Assembly: GCA_044223735.1 (NCBI GenBank)
Contig: JBGALR010000038.1
Location: 2,147 to 66,146, forward strand
Length of the DNA: 64,000 nucleotides
Reading direction: 5' to 3'
Origin: Limisphaerales bacterium
Lineage (GTDB): Bacteria; Verrucomicrobiota; Verrucomicrobiia; Limisphaerales; UBA8199
Numbering within the stretch: position 1 is the stretch's first letter; each line of letters begins with the position of its first letter. The position numbers and the translations under genes were made by a program. Under the pieces are notes generated by a model. That model ran no database searches, was not told the DNA's origin, and saw nothing but the letters and a program-made list of their open reading frames with translations. Below are positions 46,015-55,785 of the stretch, piece after piece.

Positions 46015-47553
46015 TCAGGGTGGGGCAGGGCCGGGCTGTCCGATGGCGGCGGCCATGATGCGGTGTTCGGTCCATTGTTCCGCCGGGCGAACCTCGGACA
46101 GCATCCCGCGACACATGACGCCGATGGTGTCGCAGACACCTAGCAATTCCGGCAGGTAGGAACTGACGAACACCACCGCCTTGCCTTCAGCGGCGAGTTG
46201 CCCGATCAATTTATAAATCTGCGCCTTGCTGCCGACGTCGATGCCACGCGTTGGCTCATCCATGAGAAAAATGCTGGCATCGTGATGCAGCAATCGGCCG
46301 AGGGCGATTTTCTGCTGGTTGCCGCCGGACAATTGGTCGATGCGCTGGCAGGGATCGGAGGCGCGCACTTGCAGTTTTTCGATCCAGCCTTGCGTCACCT
46401 GCCGCTGCCGGCCGGTTTGAACAAATCCCAGACGCGAAATCGGGCCGTAGTGGGTGAGTGTCAGATTGTCGGCGAGACTGCGGTTGAGCATCAGCCCTTC
46501 GGCCTTGCGATTTTCACTCAGCAGCCCGATGCCGTTGGCGAGCCGCCCGGCGGGGGTGCAATGCGTGGCGGTTTGCGACCGGACCAATACGGTTCCGCTC
46601 TCGATGTGATCCAGCCCGAAGCAGGCGCGCAACGTTTCGGTGCGGCCGGAGCCGATCAGGCCGGCGATGCCCAAAATTTCCCCCTCGCGCAACGTGAACG
46701 TGGCCGACTGCGGCTTGAAACGCCCGGCCAGCGCGCGGCATTCGAGCACGGGCCTGCCGATGGTGTGCGGAATGCGCGGATAAATCTCGCTCATCTCGCG
46801 TCCCACCATCCAGTGAATGATTTGCGGCAGGTCCGCCTTCGCCATCTCGCCGGTGGCCACGCTTTCCCCGTCGCGCAGGACGGTAAAGCGGTCGGCGATG
46901 CGCTGGCATTCCTCCAGAAAGTGGCTGATATAGATCACGCTCACGCCGCGCGCCTTGAGGCGGCCGATGATGGCAAAAAGATTTTCCGCGTCCGCTTGTG
47001 TCAGGCTGCTCGTCGGCTCATCCATGATCACGAGCCGGGCGTCGCCAATGAACGCGCGGGCGATCTCCACGATTTGCTGTTCCGCGATGCTGCGGGTGTT
47101 GACCGGCGCGGACAACGGAATGTTTTCGTGCCGCAACTCCGCGAGTGCCTTGCGGGCCAGTTCCCGGCGACGCGATCGATCCAGCCAGCCGAAGCGCGCC
47201 GGCTCCTGTCCCAGCAGAATATTTTCCTCCACGCTCAGATGCGGCGCCAGCGTCAGTTCCTGATAGATCATCGCCACGCCCCGGCGGCGCGCCTGCAGGG
47301 GACTGGCCGGGGCAAAGGCTTCGCCATCCAGCTCGACGTCGCCCGCGTCCGGCTGATGCGCGCCGCTGAGAATTTTCATCAGCGTGCTCTTGCCCGCGCC
47401 GTTTTCTCCGATCAGGACATGGACCTCGCCCGGGGCGACTTCGAAGGAAACATTTCTCAGCGCGCGAGTCGCGCCGAAGCTTTTCTGCACGGCGGACATG
47501 CGCAGGCGGGGGACCGTTGACGTTGCTATGCCCATCAATTTTAGATCTCGCAA
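46015..47553 (-). CDS. Sugar ABC transporter ATP-binding protein (duplicated ATPase, RbsA-like)
   Basis: Two nucleotide-binding domains: Walker A GENGAGKST and a second one, signature LSGGNQQK, and Walker B motifs. 512 aa. Confidence 0.9.
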   Translation of the reverse strand: MRDLKLMGIATSTVPRLRMSAVQKSFGATRALRNVSFEVAPGEVHVLIGENGAGKSTLMKILSGAHQPDAGDVELDGEAFAPASPLQARRRGVAMIYQELTLAPHLSVEENILLGQEPARFGWLDRSRRRELARKALAELRHENIPLSAPVNTRSIAEQQIVEIARAFIGDARLVIMDEPTSSLTQADAENLFAIIGRLKARGVSVIYISHFLEECQRIADRFTVLRDGESVATGEMAKADLPQIIHWMVGREMSEIYPRIPHTIGRPVLECRALAGRFKPQSATFTLREGEILGIAGLIGSGRTETLRACFGLDHIESGTVLVRSQTATHCTPAGRLANGIGLLSENRKAEGLMLNRSLADNLTLTHYGPISRLGFVQTGRQRQVTQGWIEKLQVRASDPCQRIDQLSGGNQQKIALGRLLHHDASIFLMDEPTRGIDVGSKAQIYKLIGQLAAEGKAVVFVSSYLPELLGVCDTIGVMCRGMLSEVRPAEQWTEHRIMAAAIGQPGPAPP

Positions 47554-47659
47554 TCCAGGACCGCGGCTGGCTGCCGCGAATCATGGCGGCGTCGGGGAAG
47601 GGGGGCGAGTTAAAAAAACCGGCGGGTCACCTCGCCGGCGGGATTGAAGTGAAGATCCC

Positions 47660-49996
47660 CTACGGTTTGTGAAGACGGAAGAAACGGCGTGGATCGGTCG
47701 TGGTGTTCGTCACGTAATAGCGATCGCCGACAATCACCGGTGAGCCGCCGAGGATGGACCAACCGCCAGCCGCGCCCAGGTTGGTTTTGGTCTCGACGTT
47801 GAAGCCGGTCATGTTGGTGAACCATGAGAAGATGAGTTTGTTGCCGGAATAGGTGGTGTTCACCTGCACCGGATAGAGGAGGAAGACGTTCGTGGCGTTG
47901 GGACTGCTGCCGGCCACCAGGACGCTTTCCTGCGCGTACGTCAGATTGTTGGCGAGGATGACCCCGCTTTCATTGATGGCCAGGGCGGTTTTGAAGGTGG
48001 ACGTTTGCGGATTGAAGAGCAGCGTGTTCAGGTCGTAAATCGTGCCGTTGCGATACAGCACGGCGCGAGTGCCCCCGGTTTCAATGGGCATGAGAGGTGT
48101 GGAAACCTCGCCGACGGAGTCACGGGCGTTGTTAATGTCGGTGGCCTGGCCAAACAGCCGTCCGAACAGGCCAAAATCGTTGAAGACATTATTGATGCGC
48201 ACGATGCCGTGCGGCGCGCCATCCGGGCTGATCGGGGTCGCGGCGATGTCGCTGAAAGAGTTCAGCCGCGTCGGCCAGCCATAAGGTGGTGAAAGACTCG
48301 GGATCGCGGTCATCACGCCGTTGTGATAGAGAAACGCCTTCCGATCGAACTGGGCGCCATTGCCGGAGAGTTGCCAGGAAACACCATAGATGTCGCCGTT
48401 ATCCGAGATGCCCCAGGCCTCGCCCCCGCCATCGCCGGGCAATACGCCGAGGTCGGTGATGGTGTTGTTCTGCCAGCGGACCGGTCGCACGTTGCCGCCG
48501 TTGTTATTGGTGGGAAATTGCGACGCGCCCACGATGGTTCCGGAGCTGTTAATGGCCCAGGCCCAGCTCTGCGTCGCGTTGTTCGCGGGCAACACGCCCA
48601 GATCCTGCATGCTTCCATTGGCCCAACGAAAGGCATGGATGGCATAATTGTTCGCCGTTTCCGAGTAGCCCGCGATCACGCGCGAATCGTTGATCCCGCG
48701 CGCAAAACTGTGCCGCCCGCCGGGCAGCGTGCCCAGATCCTGCATGGAGCCATTCGCGTAAAGAAAGGCGTGCGTGTTCGTGCCCTCCACTCCCGCGTAC
48801 GCGAATCCCACCGCGTCGCCGAGATTGTTCAAATCGGTGCCAAAGGTATATCCATGGCCCAGCGAACCGATGGGCCTGGCCACATACAGTTGATTGGGAA
48901 TTTGCCTCCCGGCGGAAAACTCCGACGTGTTGCCGTTCGTGTCGGTCGCGGTCGCGCAGAGAAAGTAACCCGCTGGCACCGGCGCGGCGAAGACGTTGCT
49001 GAACGTCGCGAAGCCGCTCCCATCGGTGGTCACATTCGTCCAACCCACAAAATCCTTGGCGTAGGCGTAATCGGGCAGGAAATTCACCGGCCCGGAAAAG
49101 AACTCCAGGCGGTAGCGCTGGTTGGCGGCGGTTTGCAGCGTGCCTTGCGCGAGCACTCCGCCAGGGGCGACGGCTGCGTTCGTAATCACGGGAAAATTCT
49201 GCCGTTGATTGCCGCCGGTGTCTGAATCATCGAAGTCGTTTGCGGTGCGGCCATTATAATCGAGATCGATGCCAAAGCCGTCGATCGCGAAAATGGAATT
49301 GCCGAGAATGCTGTTATTGGTCCCCGAAAAAACACCGACGCCCGCCCCGGAACTGAAGCCGATGATGTTTCGCTGCCACAGGTTGGTGCCGCCGACGCGA
49401 TTGTTGGAGGAATTGATGCGGACGGCCATGTAGCCGTTGCCCCAATCCAGCAGGCCTTTTGGGTCGGTGCCGAACAGGCAGCCTTCCACGACGTTGCTCC
49501 CGCCGGATTGCAGATAAATCGCCGCCACCTGGAATTGCCGCATGCTCAGCCCGCGAATGGTGACCCCGCTGGCCTGCACGTTGAATCCGCCGAGTCCCTG
49601 CGCCGACGGATGGATGTTTACCAACAGTATTGAATTGTCGCCAATCGCCAGCGTGTTGGAGGTGCAGCCGGGCTGTGAAAAACCGTCAATCGTCATCGAG
49701 TTGGTGATGATCGGCAGCGCCGTGAAAAGATAGATGTCGCGCTCGCCAGTACCGGGGAGGTTAAAGGCGATTTTATTCCCCGCCGTCGGGTTTGCGTCCA
49801 GGATCGCCTGACGAAGCGAGCCGGCGCCGGTGTCGTTGGTGTTGATGACAGTGTAGGTGGCGCCTTGAGCGGCGAGGGAAACCGCAAGGATGGCTGCGGC
49901 CCAAAACGATTTTGCGTCCATACTTCTCCGAATGTGGCTTTCCCGCAGTATGGGGAAAGCTGATGCACAGTATAACCCGGGTTTTGGGGACGACAA
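47660..49996 (-). CDS. Secreted protein with N-terminal parallel beta-helix region and HAF-type extracellular repeats
   Basis: A signal peptide is seen after the Met at ~49921. Repeated ...N..HAF.YANGSMQDLGTLPGG..S.A.GIN..G.I.G.S... units match the HAF repeat family, with HAF literally present twice. Confidence 0.55.
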   Translation of the reverse strand: MSSPKPGLYCASAFPILRESHIRRSMDAKSFWAAAILAVSLAAQGATYTVINTNDTGAGSLRQAILDANPTAGNKIAFNLPGTGERDIYLFTALPIITNSMTIDGFSQPGCTSNTLAIGDNSILLVNIHPSAQGLGGFNVQASGVTIRGLSMRQFQVAAIYLQSGGSNVVEGCLFGTDPKGLLDWGNGYMAVRINSSNNRVGGTNLWQRNIIGFSSGAGVGVFSGTNNSILGNSIFAIDGFGIDLDYNGRTANDFDDSDTGGNQRQNFPVITNAAVAPGGVLAQGTLQTAANQRYRLEFFSGPVNFLPDYAYAKDFVGWTNVTTDGSGFATFSNVFAAPVPAGYFLCATATDTNGNTSEFSAGRQIPNQLYVARPIGSLGHGYTFGTDLNNLGDAVGFAYAGVEGTNTHAFLYANGSMQDLGTLPGGRHSFARGINDSRVIAGYSETANNYAIHAFRWANGSMQDLGVLPANNATQSWAWAINSSGTIVGASQFPTNNNGGNVRPVRWQNNTITDLGVLPGDGGGEAWGISDNGDIYGVSWQLSGNGAQFDRKAFLYHNGVMTAIPSLSPPYGWPTRLNSFSDIAATPISPDGAPHGIVRINNVFNDFGLFGRLFGQATDINNARDSVGEVSTPLMPIETGGTRAVLYRNGTIYDLNTLLFNPQTSTFKTALAINESGVILANNLTYAQESVLVAGSSPNATNVFLLYPVQVNTTYSGNKLIFSWFTNMTGFNVETKTNLGAAGGWSILGGSPVIVGDRYYVTNTTTDPRRFFRLHKP

Positions 49997-50041
49997 TTAA
50001 AAATCAGGCGTCAGGTCGTTTTCGGCGACGGAGGAACTGCG

Positions 50042-52057
50042 CTATTTGCGCGTCGCTTCGCTGGCGCGTAATCCTGGCGGGACGGGGCTGAAAAACTTCA
50101 GGGTAAAACTGTCGGTGTTCGAACTGCCGCCATAGACGCTGAAGAAGAAATATTTTGCCACCTGTTCAAAGGGCGGGAGCAGCGATGCGTCCAGCCAGCC
50201 CTTGCCATCCCTGCCCCCGTTGTTCAAACCGGGAATGCCGGGCAGGGGGCTCAAGCCGGAGATTTCCGCCACCGCCGCGGGATCGCGTTTGGCCGTCTCA
50301 AAAATCTCCCGCATCGCTTCTTCGTTATTCTCGTAGAAGAGGAAGGAGGTGCCGGCGCCGCCCGCTTTCTGCGCGGCGTCGAGCAGGCCGGCCTTTTCCC
50401 GCAGGGATTTGGCGAGGCTCTCGCTGCTGCGCAAATATTCCTCCAGGATGGACGGGTCGGTGGACAAGGCCACGTAACTTGCGCCCGCGACGAAGGTGAG
50501 ATTGCGGCGCACCGACTGCCGCGCCGCGCCGGGCACGGCGACGGGCAAATCCGGCATCGGCACCGAATAAATTTTGCGACCCAGAAAATCACGCTCCGCA
50601 ATAGTATCGCCTTCTGGAAATACCACGAATAAGGCGCGCAACGCGGCCGCGAGCGATTCCGGGGCCGGTGACCCGATCAAAAGCAAGGACGGCGCGCTGG
50701 CGAGTGCCGCCGGTGTGTCATCGCGTGGCGGTTTTTCGTAGCGGATCAAATCGTCACCGAGATTTGCGACCAGTGTTTTCCGCAGATCGAAGCCCGCGTT
50801 GAGCTCTTTCGCGCGTGCGGCCGCCGTGTCGATGATCCAATTAAGTGTCTTGAGCGATTGCGGGGAACCTTCCGCCAGCATCGCTTCGAGCGTCCGCCAG
50901 GTTTTTGGGCCGTCGAGGCGCCAGCGCCAGAAATTCACCGCGTCGGCCGGAACGAAAGCCGGGGGCGTGGCGTCCTTGCCTTCGTTGGCCAGGATTTTGA
51001 AAAAGCCCTGTCGCGCGCTGTCCGGCGCGTTGACGACGACTTGAAACAACGTGCCCTCGTTCGACACTTGAAAATTAAACGCCGCCGATTTGAGGCCGGT
51101 GAGGCCCGTGACCGAGTAGGTCTTGTCCGGCTTGATCGGTTCGAGCGGATCCAATTCATCGCCACCATCCTTGTCCGGCGGTTTATGGCTGAGTACGTCG
51201 AACAGAAGCTTCGCATTCAGCCAGCCGTAAAAGGGCGCGTCGCGAAAGAGCGCCGTGTGGTCCGTCTGATAAGCGGGCAATTCCGCAAGCGGCGGCATCG
51301 CTCCACCGGTAAGCCGGGTGATAACTTTTTCGATCCCTGCGGAAGAATTGCCCGCGATCAATAGTGAATCCACCTGGCCAATGATCAATTCCTTGCTGCT
51401 CGCGAGCATGGACGATATCGCGTCGAACAACGGTCCCAGCTTGCCTGGGTCGTTGGCGTCCGGTTTCGAGCCCACCTGGCCCGGCGGGGCGGTGAAGTGA
51501 TAGGGTTCGGGAAAAAATCGCCGCAGCGTCTTGGGCAGGTTGTTGCTCGAAATCGGAAAAAAGGAAAATTCCACGCCCCGGATTGTTTCCCGCCGGATCA
51601 TCTTGCCCGCCTCGACCCAGTTTTTGCGCAGCTCCGCGAGGTTTGTTTTCAACTGGGAGCTCTTGTCCTTCGCGTCCAGCAGCATGAGAAAGCCCATGGG
51701 ATTCTCGTCGGTGCCGTTCCACTCGGCTTTGGTGAGCGCGAGGGTGAACTGGCCTTGCGGCAGGCTCGCATAGGAATCGAAGCTGACGTTCAACTCGCGT
51801 TCGAGCGGACGCACGAATTCCTCCTGCCAGCGCGAAAAGAAACGGTTCTTGAGCGGCTTCATCGCCGGGTCTTCCCAGAATCGCGTTTGGGGAAGATTGC
51901 CGTAAATCGTGCGCATCCGCGCAAAGTCGGGCGCGGTGACGACCAGCAGCGTGTCCTGCGGCAGTAATTGTTCGGGTGGCGGCACGGCCGCAACGGCAGG
52001 CCGCGCCAGCAAGACGAGGGCGGCGCCGAGCAGGAGAGTGAACCGGCGGAGGATCAT
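50042..52057 (-). CDS. Secreted hypothetical protein (671 aa)
   Basis: Signal peptide (LLLGAALVLLARPAVAA) and non-repetitive sequence. It sits in an operon-like arrangement between the S1C protease and the HAF protein. The overlapping ORF 51183-52214 is Arg/Pro-rich noise. Confidence 0.5.
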   Translation of the reverse strand: MILRRFTLLLGAALVLLARPAVAAVPPPEQLLPQDTLLVVTAPDFARMRTIYGNLPQTRFWEDPAMKPLKNRFFSRWQEEFVRPLERELNVSFDSYASLPQGQFTLALTKAEWNGTDENPMGFLMLLDAKDKSSQLKTNLAELRKNWVEAGKMIRRETIRGVEFSFFPISSNNLPKTLRRFFPEPYHFTAPPGQVGSKPDANDPGKLGPLFDAISSMLASSKELIIGQVDSLLIAGNSSAGIEKVITRLTGGAMPPLAELPAYQTDHTALFRDAPFYGWLNAKLLFDVLSHKPPDKDGGDELDPLEPIKPDKTYSVTGLTGLKSAAFNFQVSNEGTLFQVVVNAPDSARQGFFKILANEGKDATPPAFVPADAVNFWRWRLDGPKTWRTLEAMLAEGSPQSLKTLNWIIDTAAARAKELNAGFDLRKTLVANLGDDLIRYEKPPRDDTPAALASAPSLLLIGSPAPESLAAALRALFVVFPEGDTIAERDFLGRKIYSVPMPDLPVAVPGAARQSVRRNLTFVAGASYVALSTDPSILEEYLRSSESLAKSLREKAGLLDAAQKAGGAGTSFLFYENNEEAMREIFETAKRDPAAVAEISGLSPLPGIPGLNNGGRDGKGWLDASLLPPFEQVAKYFFFSVYGGSSNTDSFTLKFFSPVPPGLRASEATRK

Positions 52058-52077
52058 CCTGGTGAAAAAGCCGTGGC

Positions 52078-53064
52078 CTAGTTGTGGGGGGCGGCCTGCC
52101 GGGTCCGGCTCGGGGGTTCCAGATAGCGATACGGATTGCCGGGATTGTCGTTCGCGTAGGCGAAGGCATCGCGGTGATCGAGGAAATATTTGACGACCTC
52201 CACCGGGATGGCAAAGCCGAGGCCTTCGCCAGCGGTGACTTTCATGTTCGTCACACCCACGACTTCGCCGCTCAAACTGAAGAGCGGGCCGCCGCTGTTG
52301 CCCGGATTGATCTGGGCGGTGGTCTGCAAATAAAGGGTGCCGCCCATCTCGCGTGTCTTGGTGCTGATGATGCCTTCGGTGACGGTGCGTTCGAGCCCGA
52401 GCGGACTGCCGATGGCGAACACGCGTTCACCGACCGACATCGCGTCGGAACTCCCCAGCGGAACGAATTTGAATTTTCCCTCGCCGGGGTCCTCAATCTT
52501 CAGCAACGCGAGGTCCGCAAACTTGTTCAATGCCATGATGCGAACCTGGCGATAAATCTTTCGGTCAAGCTGACCGTTCTTCTGCTGATAGACTTCCACC
52601 GAAATTCGCGTCTCGCCTTCGATGACATGGAAATTCGTTATCAGGTAACCTTCATCGTTGATGAAAAAGCCGGAACCGAGTCCTCCGGGAGTGCGCACCT
52701 GTACCACCGCTTCGCCGAGTTGCTTGACGAGGTCCAGCACCGTTTGCACCGCGCCGGGCTTGTTCGGAGACAGGTAGAAACCGGCCCGGGCGTCCAAACC
52801 TTCTTTGACGCCGACACCGCCGGGGCCGGCGCCGGGTATCGTCGGCGCGGGCGTGGCCAGTGTTTCGGTTTTGGAAATTTTAAGAATCTGATCCCGAGGG
52901 ACGACCAAAATGGTGTATCCCAGGTCCACCGCGATTTGGTCCGGCTTTTCCGCGAGCACCTTGCCGCTGATCGAAGCCCTGTCCTTCAATTGAATCGTAT
53001 CCGCCCACGCGCCGGTCAGGCCCAGCCCAACCAGTCCCGTCAGCAAAACACGGTATTTTAACAT
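52078..53064 (-). CDS. Trypsin-like (S1C/DegP-type) serine protease without PDZ domain
   Basis: Signal peptide, catalytic His region (TNFHVIEG), and Ser motif GNSGGPLF. The N-terminal ~90 aa form an extra domain. Confidence 0.8.
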   Translation of the reverse strand: MLKYRVLLTGLVGLGLTGAWADTIQLKDRASISGKVLAEKPDQIAVDLGYTILVVPRDQILKISKTETLATPAPTIPGAGPGGVGVKEGLDARAGFYLSPNKPGAVQTVLDLVKQLGEAVVQVRTPGGLGSGFFINDEGYLITNFHVIEGETRISVEVYQQKNGQLDRKIYRQVRIMALNKFADLALLKIEDPGEGKFKFVPLGSSDAMSVGERVFAIGSPLGLERTVTEGIISTKTREMGGTLYLQTTAQINPGNSGGPLFSLSGEVVGVTNMKVTAGEGLGFAIPVEVVKYFLDHRDAFAYANDNPGNPYRYLEPPSRTRQAAPHN

Positions 53065-53186
53065 GTTTTGACAGTAATGGAGGAAGTGGGGTTTGACAAG
53101 GAGCGGCGTTGGCAGGAGCGGCGTTGGCAGAGGGCGGCTTTCGGGGTTGAGGACCTAAGTCTGAGGAAACCCGGAAGAAAGGAAAT

Positions 53187-53516
53187 TCATTTTCGCTGCA
53201 GCACTTCCTCGCCTCTCCCCTTCAGATACCGGCCCAGCCGAAGCAACGCGTAGGCCATGCCCGCCGTGCTTACGATTTCACCCAGGCGAATGAAAAATGC
53301 CGGCGAGTCGGGATCGGTTTCTGTCCTTCGCCAGAAAAACAGCGCAATACCAGTCACCAGAACGAGGACGCCGGCCAGCCGACAGGCCAGCGCGGTGGCG
53401 CGGAAGCGGCGCCGCTCCTCCGGTGACAGCGGAGACGTCGCCGGGACTGCTCCGCCGCATTGCAGGCAAAAGGTCCTTCCCGGAGCGTTATCCCACCCGC
53501 ATAGCGAGCATTTTTT
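53187..53516 (-). CDS. Zinc-ribbon plus two-TM small membrane protein
   Basis: MKKCSLCG...CLQCGG (CxxC...CxxC) followed by two hydrophobic helices. It is divergent from the radical SAM gene. Confidence 0.4.
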   Translation of the reverse strand, partial: KKCSLCGWDNAPGRTFCLQCGGAVPATSPLSPEERRRFRATALACRLAGVLVLVTGIALFFWRRTETDPDSPAFFIRLGEIVSTAGMAYALLRLGRYLKGRGEEVLQRK

Positions 53517-53817
53517 CATTCGATGACAGTGAGGCCTCGTGTCTTTCGGTGACGCGACGCATACCTCCACGCGTGGTCCGATACGATTTCTCAACGGAAT
53601 TTAATTGGGCGATCATCCTCGTGACTTGCTCCGGAAGCTAGCATGGCCCACAGGGGGCTGGCAAGGTGCGTCAATCATTTACCGTGCTTCAGCCCAATCT
53701 TGTTCTGGGGTCGACAACTCTCGACAAGCTTTTTCCAGACATAAATCTCGTTGGCGTTGGGCGCGGCGGTACAGTGAGCGGAAGCTTCATGGAGAAGCGA
53801 CCGCGCCGGTTATCGAT

Positions 53818-55776
53818 ATGAAAATTTTGCTCACCAGTGTCTGCCGCCCGATGGGACCTCAGTATGGCGATGCTCCTTCGGTCGGTTACGAATTGCTTTA
53901 CCGCCAGGTGACGCGCGCGCAGGGCATATTCAGTCCGCGCACGGTCAACATTCATTTTGGCCTCGAATACATTGCGGAAAATCTGGACGCGCCGACGGTT
54001 GTCTTGCAGTACCCCTCGAAGCGCGAACTCATCCGCGAATTGAAGAAGGGTTACGATTACGTGGGGATTTCCTTTCTGATGGCCGTGATGCACAAGATGA
54101 AGGAAGCAGTCGCGCTGATTCGAAAATACGCGCCGAAAAGTAAGATCGTATTGGGCGGCTACGGGACGGTGTTGAAGGATGAGGTGCTTAAACCGTATGG
54201 CGACTATATCTGTCGCGAGGAGGGGGTGGCTTTCTTTCGGCGTCTGCTGGGCGAGCCGCCCATTCCAATGCCGTACAAACACCCGTTGCTTGTGAGCTGG
54301 CTCAAAGTGTTCGGCCTGAAAGTGTCAGGCACCGGCAAAATCTTCGCGGGACTGGGCTGCCCCAACGGTTGCGACTTTTGCTGCACCTCGCATTTCTTTT
54401 CGCGAAAGCACATCAAACTGCTGCCCCACGGCAGGGATATTTACGAAGTGGTGGAGCGTTATCTGGATATGGATCCGCGGCTGGTATTCCTGATTCTGGA
54501 CGAGGACTTTCTGTTAAATAAAAAGCGCGCGATGGAGTTTCGCGAATGCGTGATGCGGGGCGGAAAAACCATTTCCATTTTTGCCTTTTCGAGTGTGAAA
54601 GCCATCAGTCAATACACGGTCGAGGAAATCCTTGAAATGGGGATTGACGGCTTTTGGATTGGTTATGAAGGCACGCGGTCGAACTACGCCAAACAGCAGG
54701 GCCGGCCCATCGAGGAAATACTTGCCGAATTTCGCGAACACGGCATTACCGTCCTGACCTCCATGATCGTGGGTTTCGACTATCAGAACCGGGAGGTCGT
54801 GGCGAAGGAACTCGACGGCTTGATGAAACTCAAGCCGTCACTCGCGCAATTTCTGATTTATGGGCCGGTGCCCGGCACGCCATTTCATGAACGCATCATT
54901 CGCGAAAATCTGCTGCATGACCGTTACACCAGTGACAAGGACTTCATGTACCGGCGGGGCGACGGGTTCAGCACCATGATCAAACATCCGACACTCTCGC
55001 CGGAGGAGATCGAAGCAATCCAGGAGTGGTGCTTTGAGGAGGATTTCCAGCGGCTGGGCCCAAGCATCTATCGGGTGCTGGAGACGCGTTTATTGGGTTA
55101 TCAAAAACTCAAGCATTCGCGAAATCCCAGTCTTCGGGCGCGCGCCGAATACTACGCGCGCGAACTGCGCATTGCCTACCCGGTTTTCCTGGCCGGCCGC
55201 TTGCTGGGGCCAAATGCCGCGGTGCGCCGCTGGATCAGCAATTTGGAGTGCCGGATTCACGCTGAATTACTGGGGCCTACGCTGGCCGAGGGAGGCAAAT
55301 CGGTGCTCGCGGTCGGCGCGGCGCTGTGGACGTGGGTAACGTTGAAGCTGGACCTCTTCCAGCATCCCGGTCGGATCCGCACCACTTACCGGGTATCGAA
55401 TGAGCAATGGAGCGCGTTCGAACGCTGGCAGGAACTCCACCGCAAATTCAGCACGCCGGAATTTTCCGTGCAAGTCGACCTGCAACACGCAAAACAGCAG
55501 GTCTGGATGCGCCTGGAGGGAGTCTTGCCCGCGAGTGGAGCTGAGAGTTTGGCCCATCGCATCAGTGAATCGCTCGCTCAATGCGGGAACAACCTCGTGT
55601 TGGATCTGAAGAAGCTTCACTGGGACCATGCCACAAATCTGCGACCTTTGCGGGAGAAATTGGCCGCGTATCGCTCACGCATCCGGGTGGTCCTGCCCCA
55701 ATCCTCCGTTGCTCAACCTGAGCTGACGCTATTGGCGGGAATGTTTCCTCCATACGAGGCGAGGTCCGGCATTTAG
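53818..55776 (+). CDS. B12-binding-domain radical SAM protein with C-terminal STAS-like domain
   Basis: N-terminal cobalamin-binding Rossmann-like region, radical SAM cluster motif CPNGCDFC (CxxxCxxC), and a long C-terminal extension. Its last ~100 aa (...VQVDLQHAKQQVWMRLEGVLPASGAESLAHRISESLAQCGNNLVLDLKKLHWDHATNL...) resemble an anti-sigma-antagonist/STAS fold. The ATG at 53818 is chosen; the track ORF starts at 53605. Confidence 0.75.
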   Translation: MKILLTSVCRPMGPQYGDAPSVGYELLYRQVTRAQGIFSPRTVNIHFGLEYIAENLDAPTVVLQYPSKRELIRELKKGYDYVGISFLMAVMHKMKEAVALIRKYAPKSKIVLGGYGTVLKDEVLKPYGDYICREEGVAFFRRLLGEPPIPMPYKHPLLVSWLKVFGLKVSGTGKIFAGLGCPNGCDFCCTSHFFSRKHIKLLPHGRDIYEVVERYLDMDPRLVFLILDEDFLLNKKRAMEFRECVMRGGKTISIFAFSSVKAISQYTVEEILEMGIDGFWIGYEGTRSNYAKQQGRPIEEILAEFREHGITVLTSMIVGFDYQNREVVAKELDGLMKLKPSLAQFLIYGPVPGTPFHERIIRENLLHDRYTSDKDFMYRRGDGFSTMIKHPTLSPEEIEAIQEWCFEEDFQRLGPSIYRVLETRLLGYQKLKHSRNPSLRARAEYYARELRIAYPVFLAGRLLGPNAAVRRWISNLECRIHAELLGPTLAEGGKSVLAVGAALWTWVTLKLDLFQHPGRIRTTYRVSNEQWSAFERWQELHRKFSTPEFSVQVDLQHAKQQVWMRLEGVLPASGAESLAHRISESLAQCGNNLVLDLKKLHWDHATNLRPLREKLAAYRSRIRVVLPQSSVAQPELTLLAGMFPPYEARSGI

Positions 55777-55785
55777 CATGGGCGC

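Noticed and set aside
45286-49225. Plus-strand ORFs 45286-46143, 46198-47520 and 48323-49225 opposite the ABC permease, ABC ATPase and HAF-protein genes
   Set aside because: They are antisense, with Arg/Gly/Ala-rich low-complexity translations.
51183-53061. 343 aa minus-strand ORF in alternate frame over the 671 aa gene and S1C gene start; 325 aa plus ORF 52084-53061 opposite the protease
   Set aside because: They have extreme Arg/Pro/Ala composition and no start context. They overlap genes that have signal peptides and catalytic motifs.
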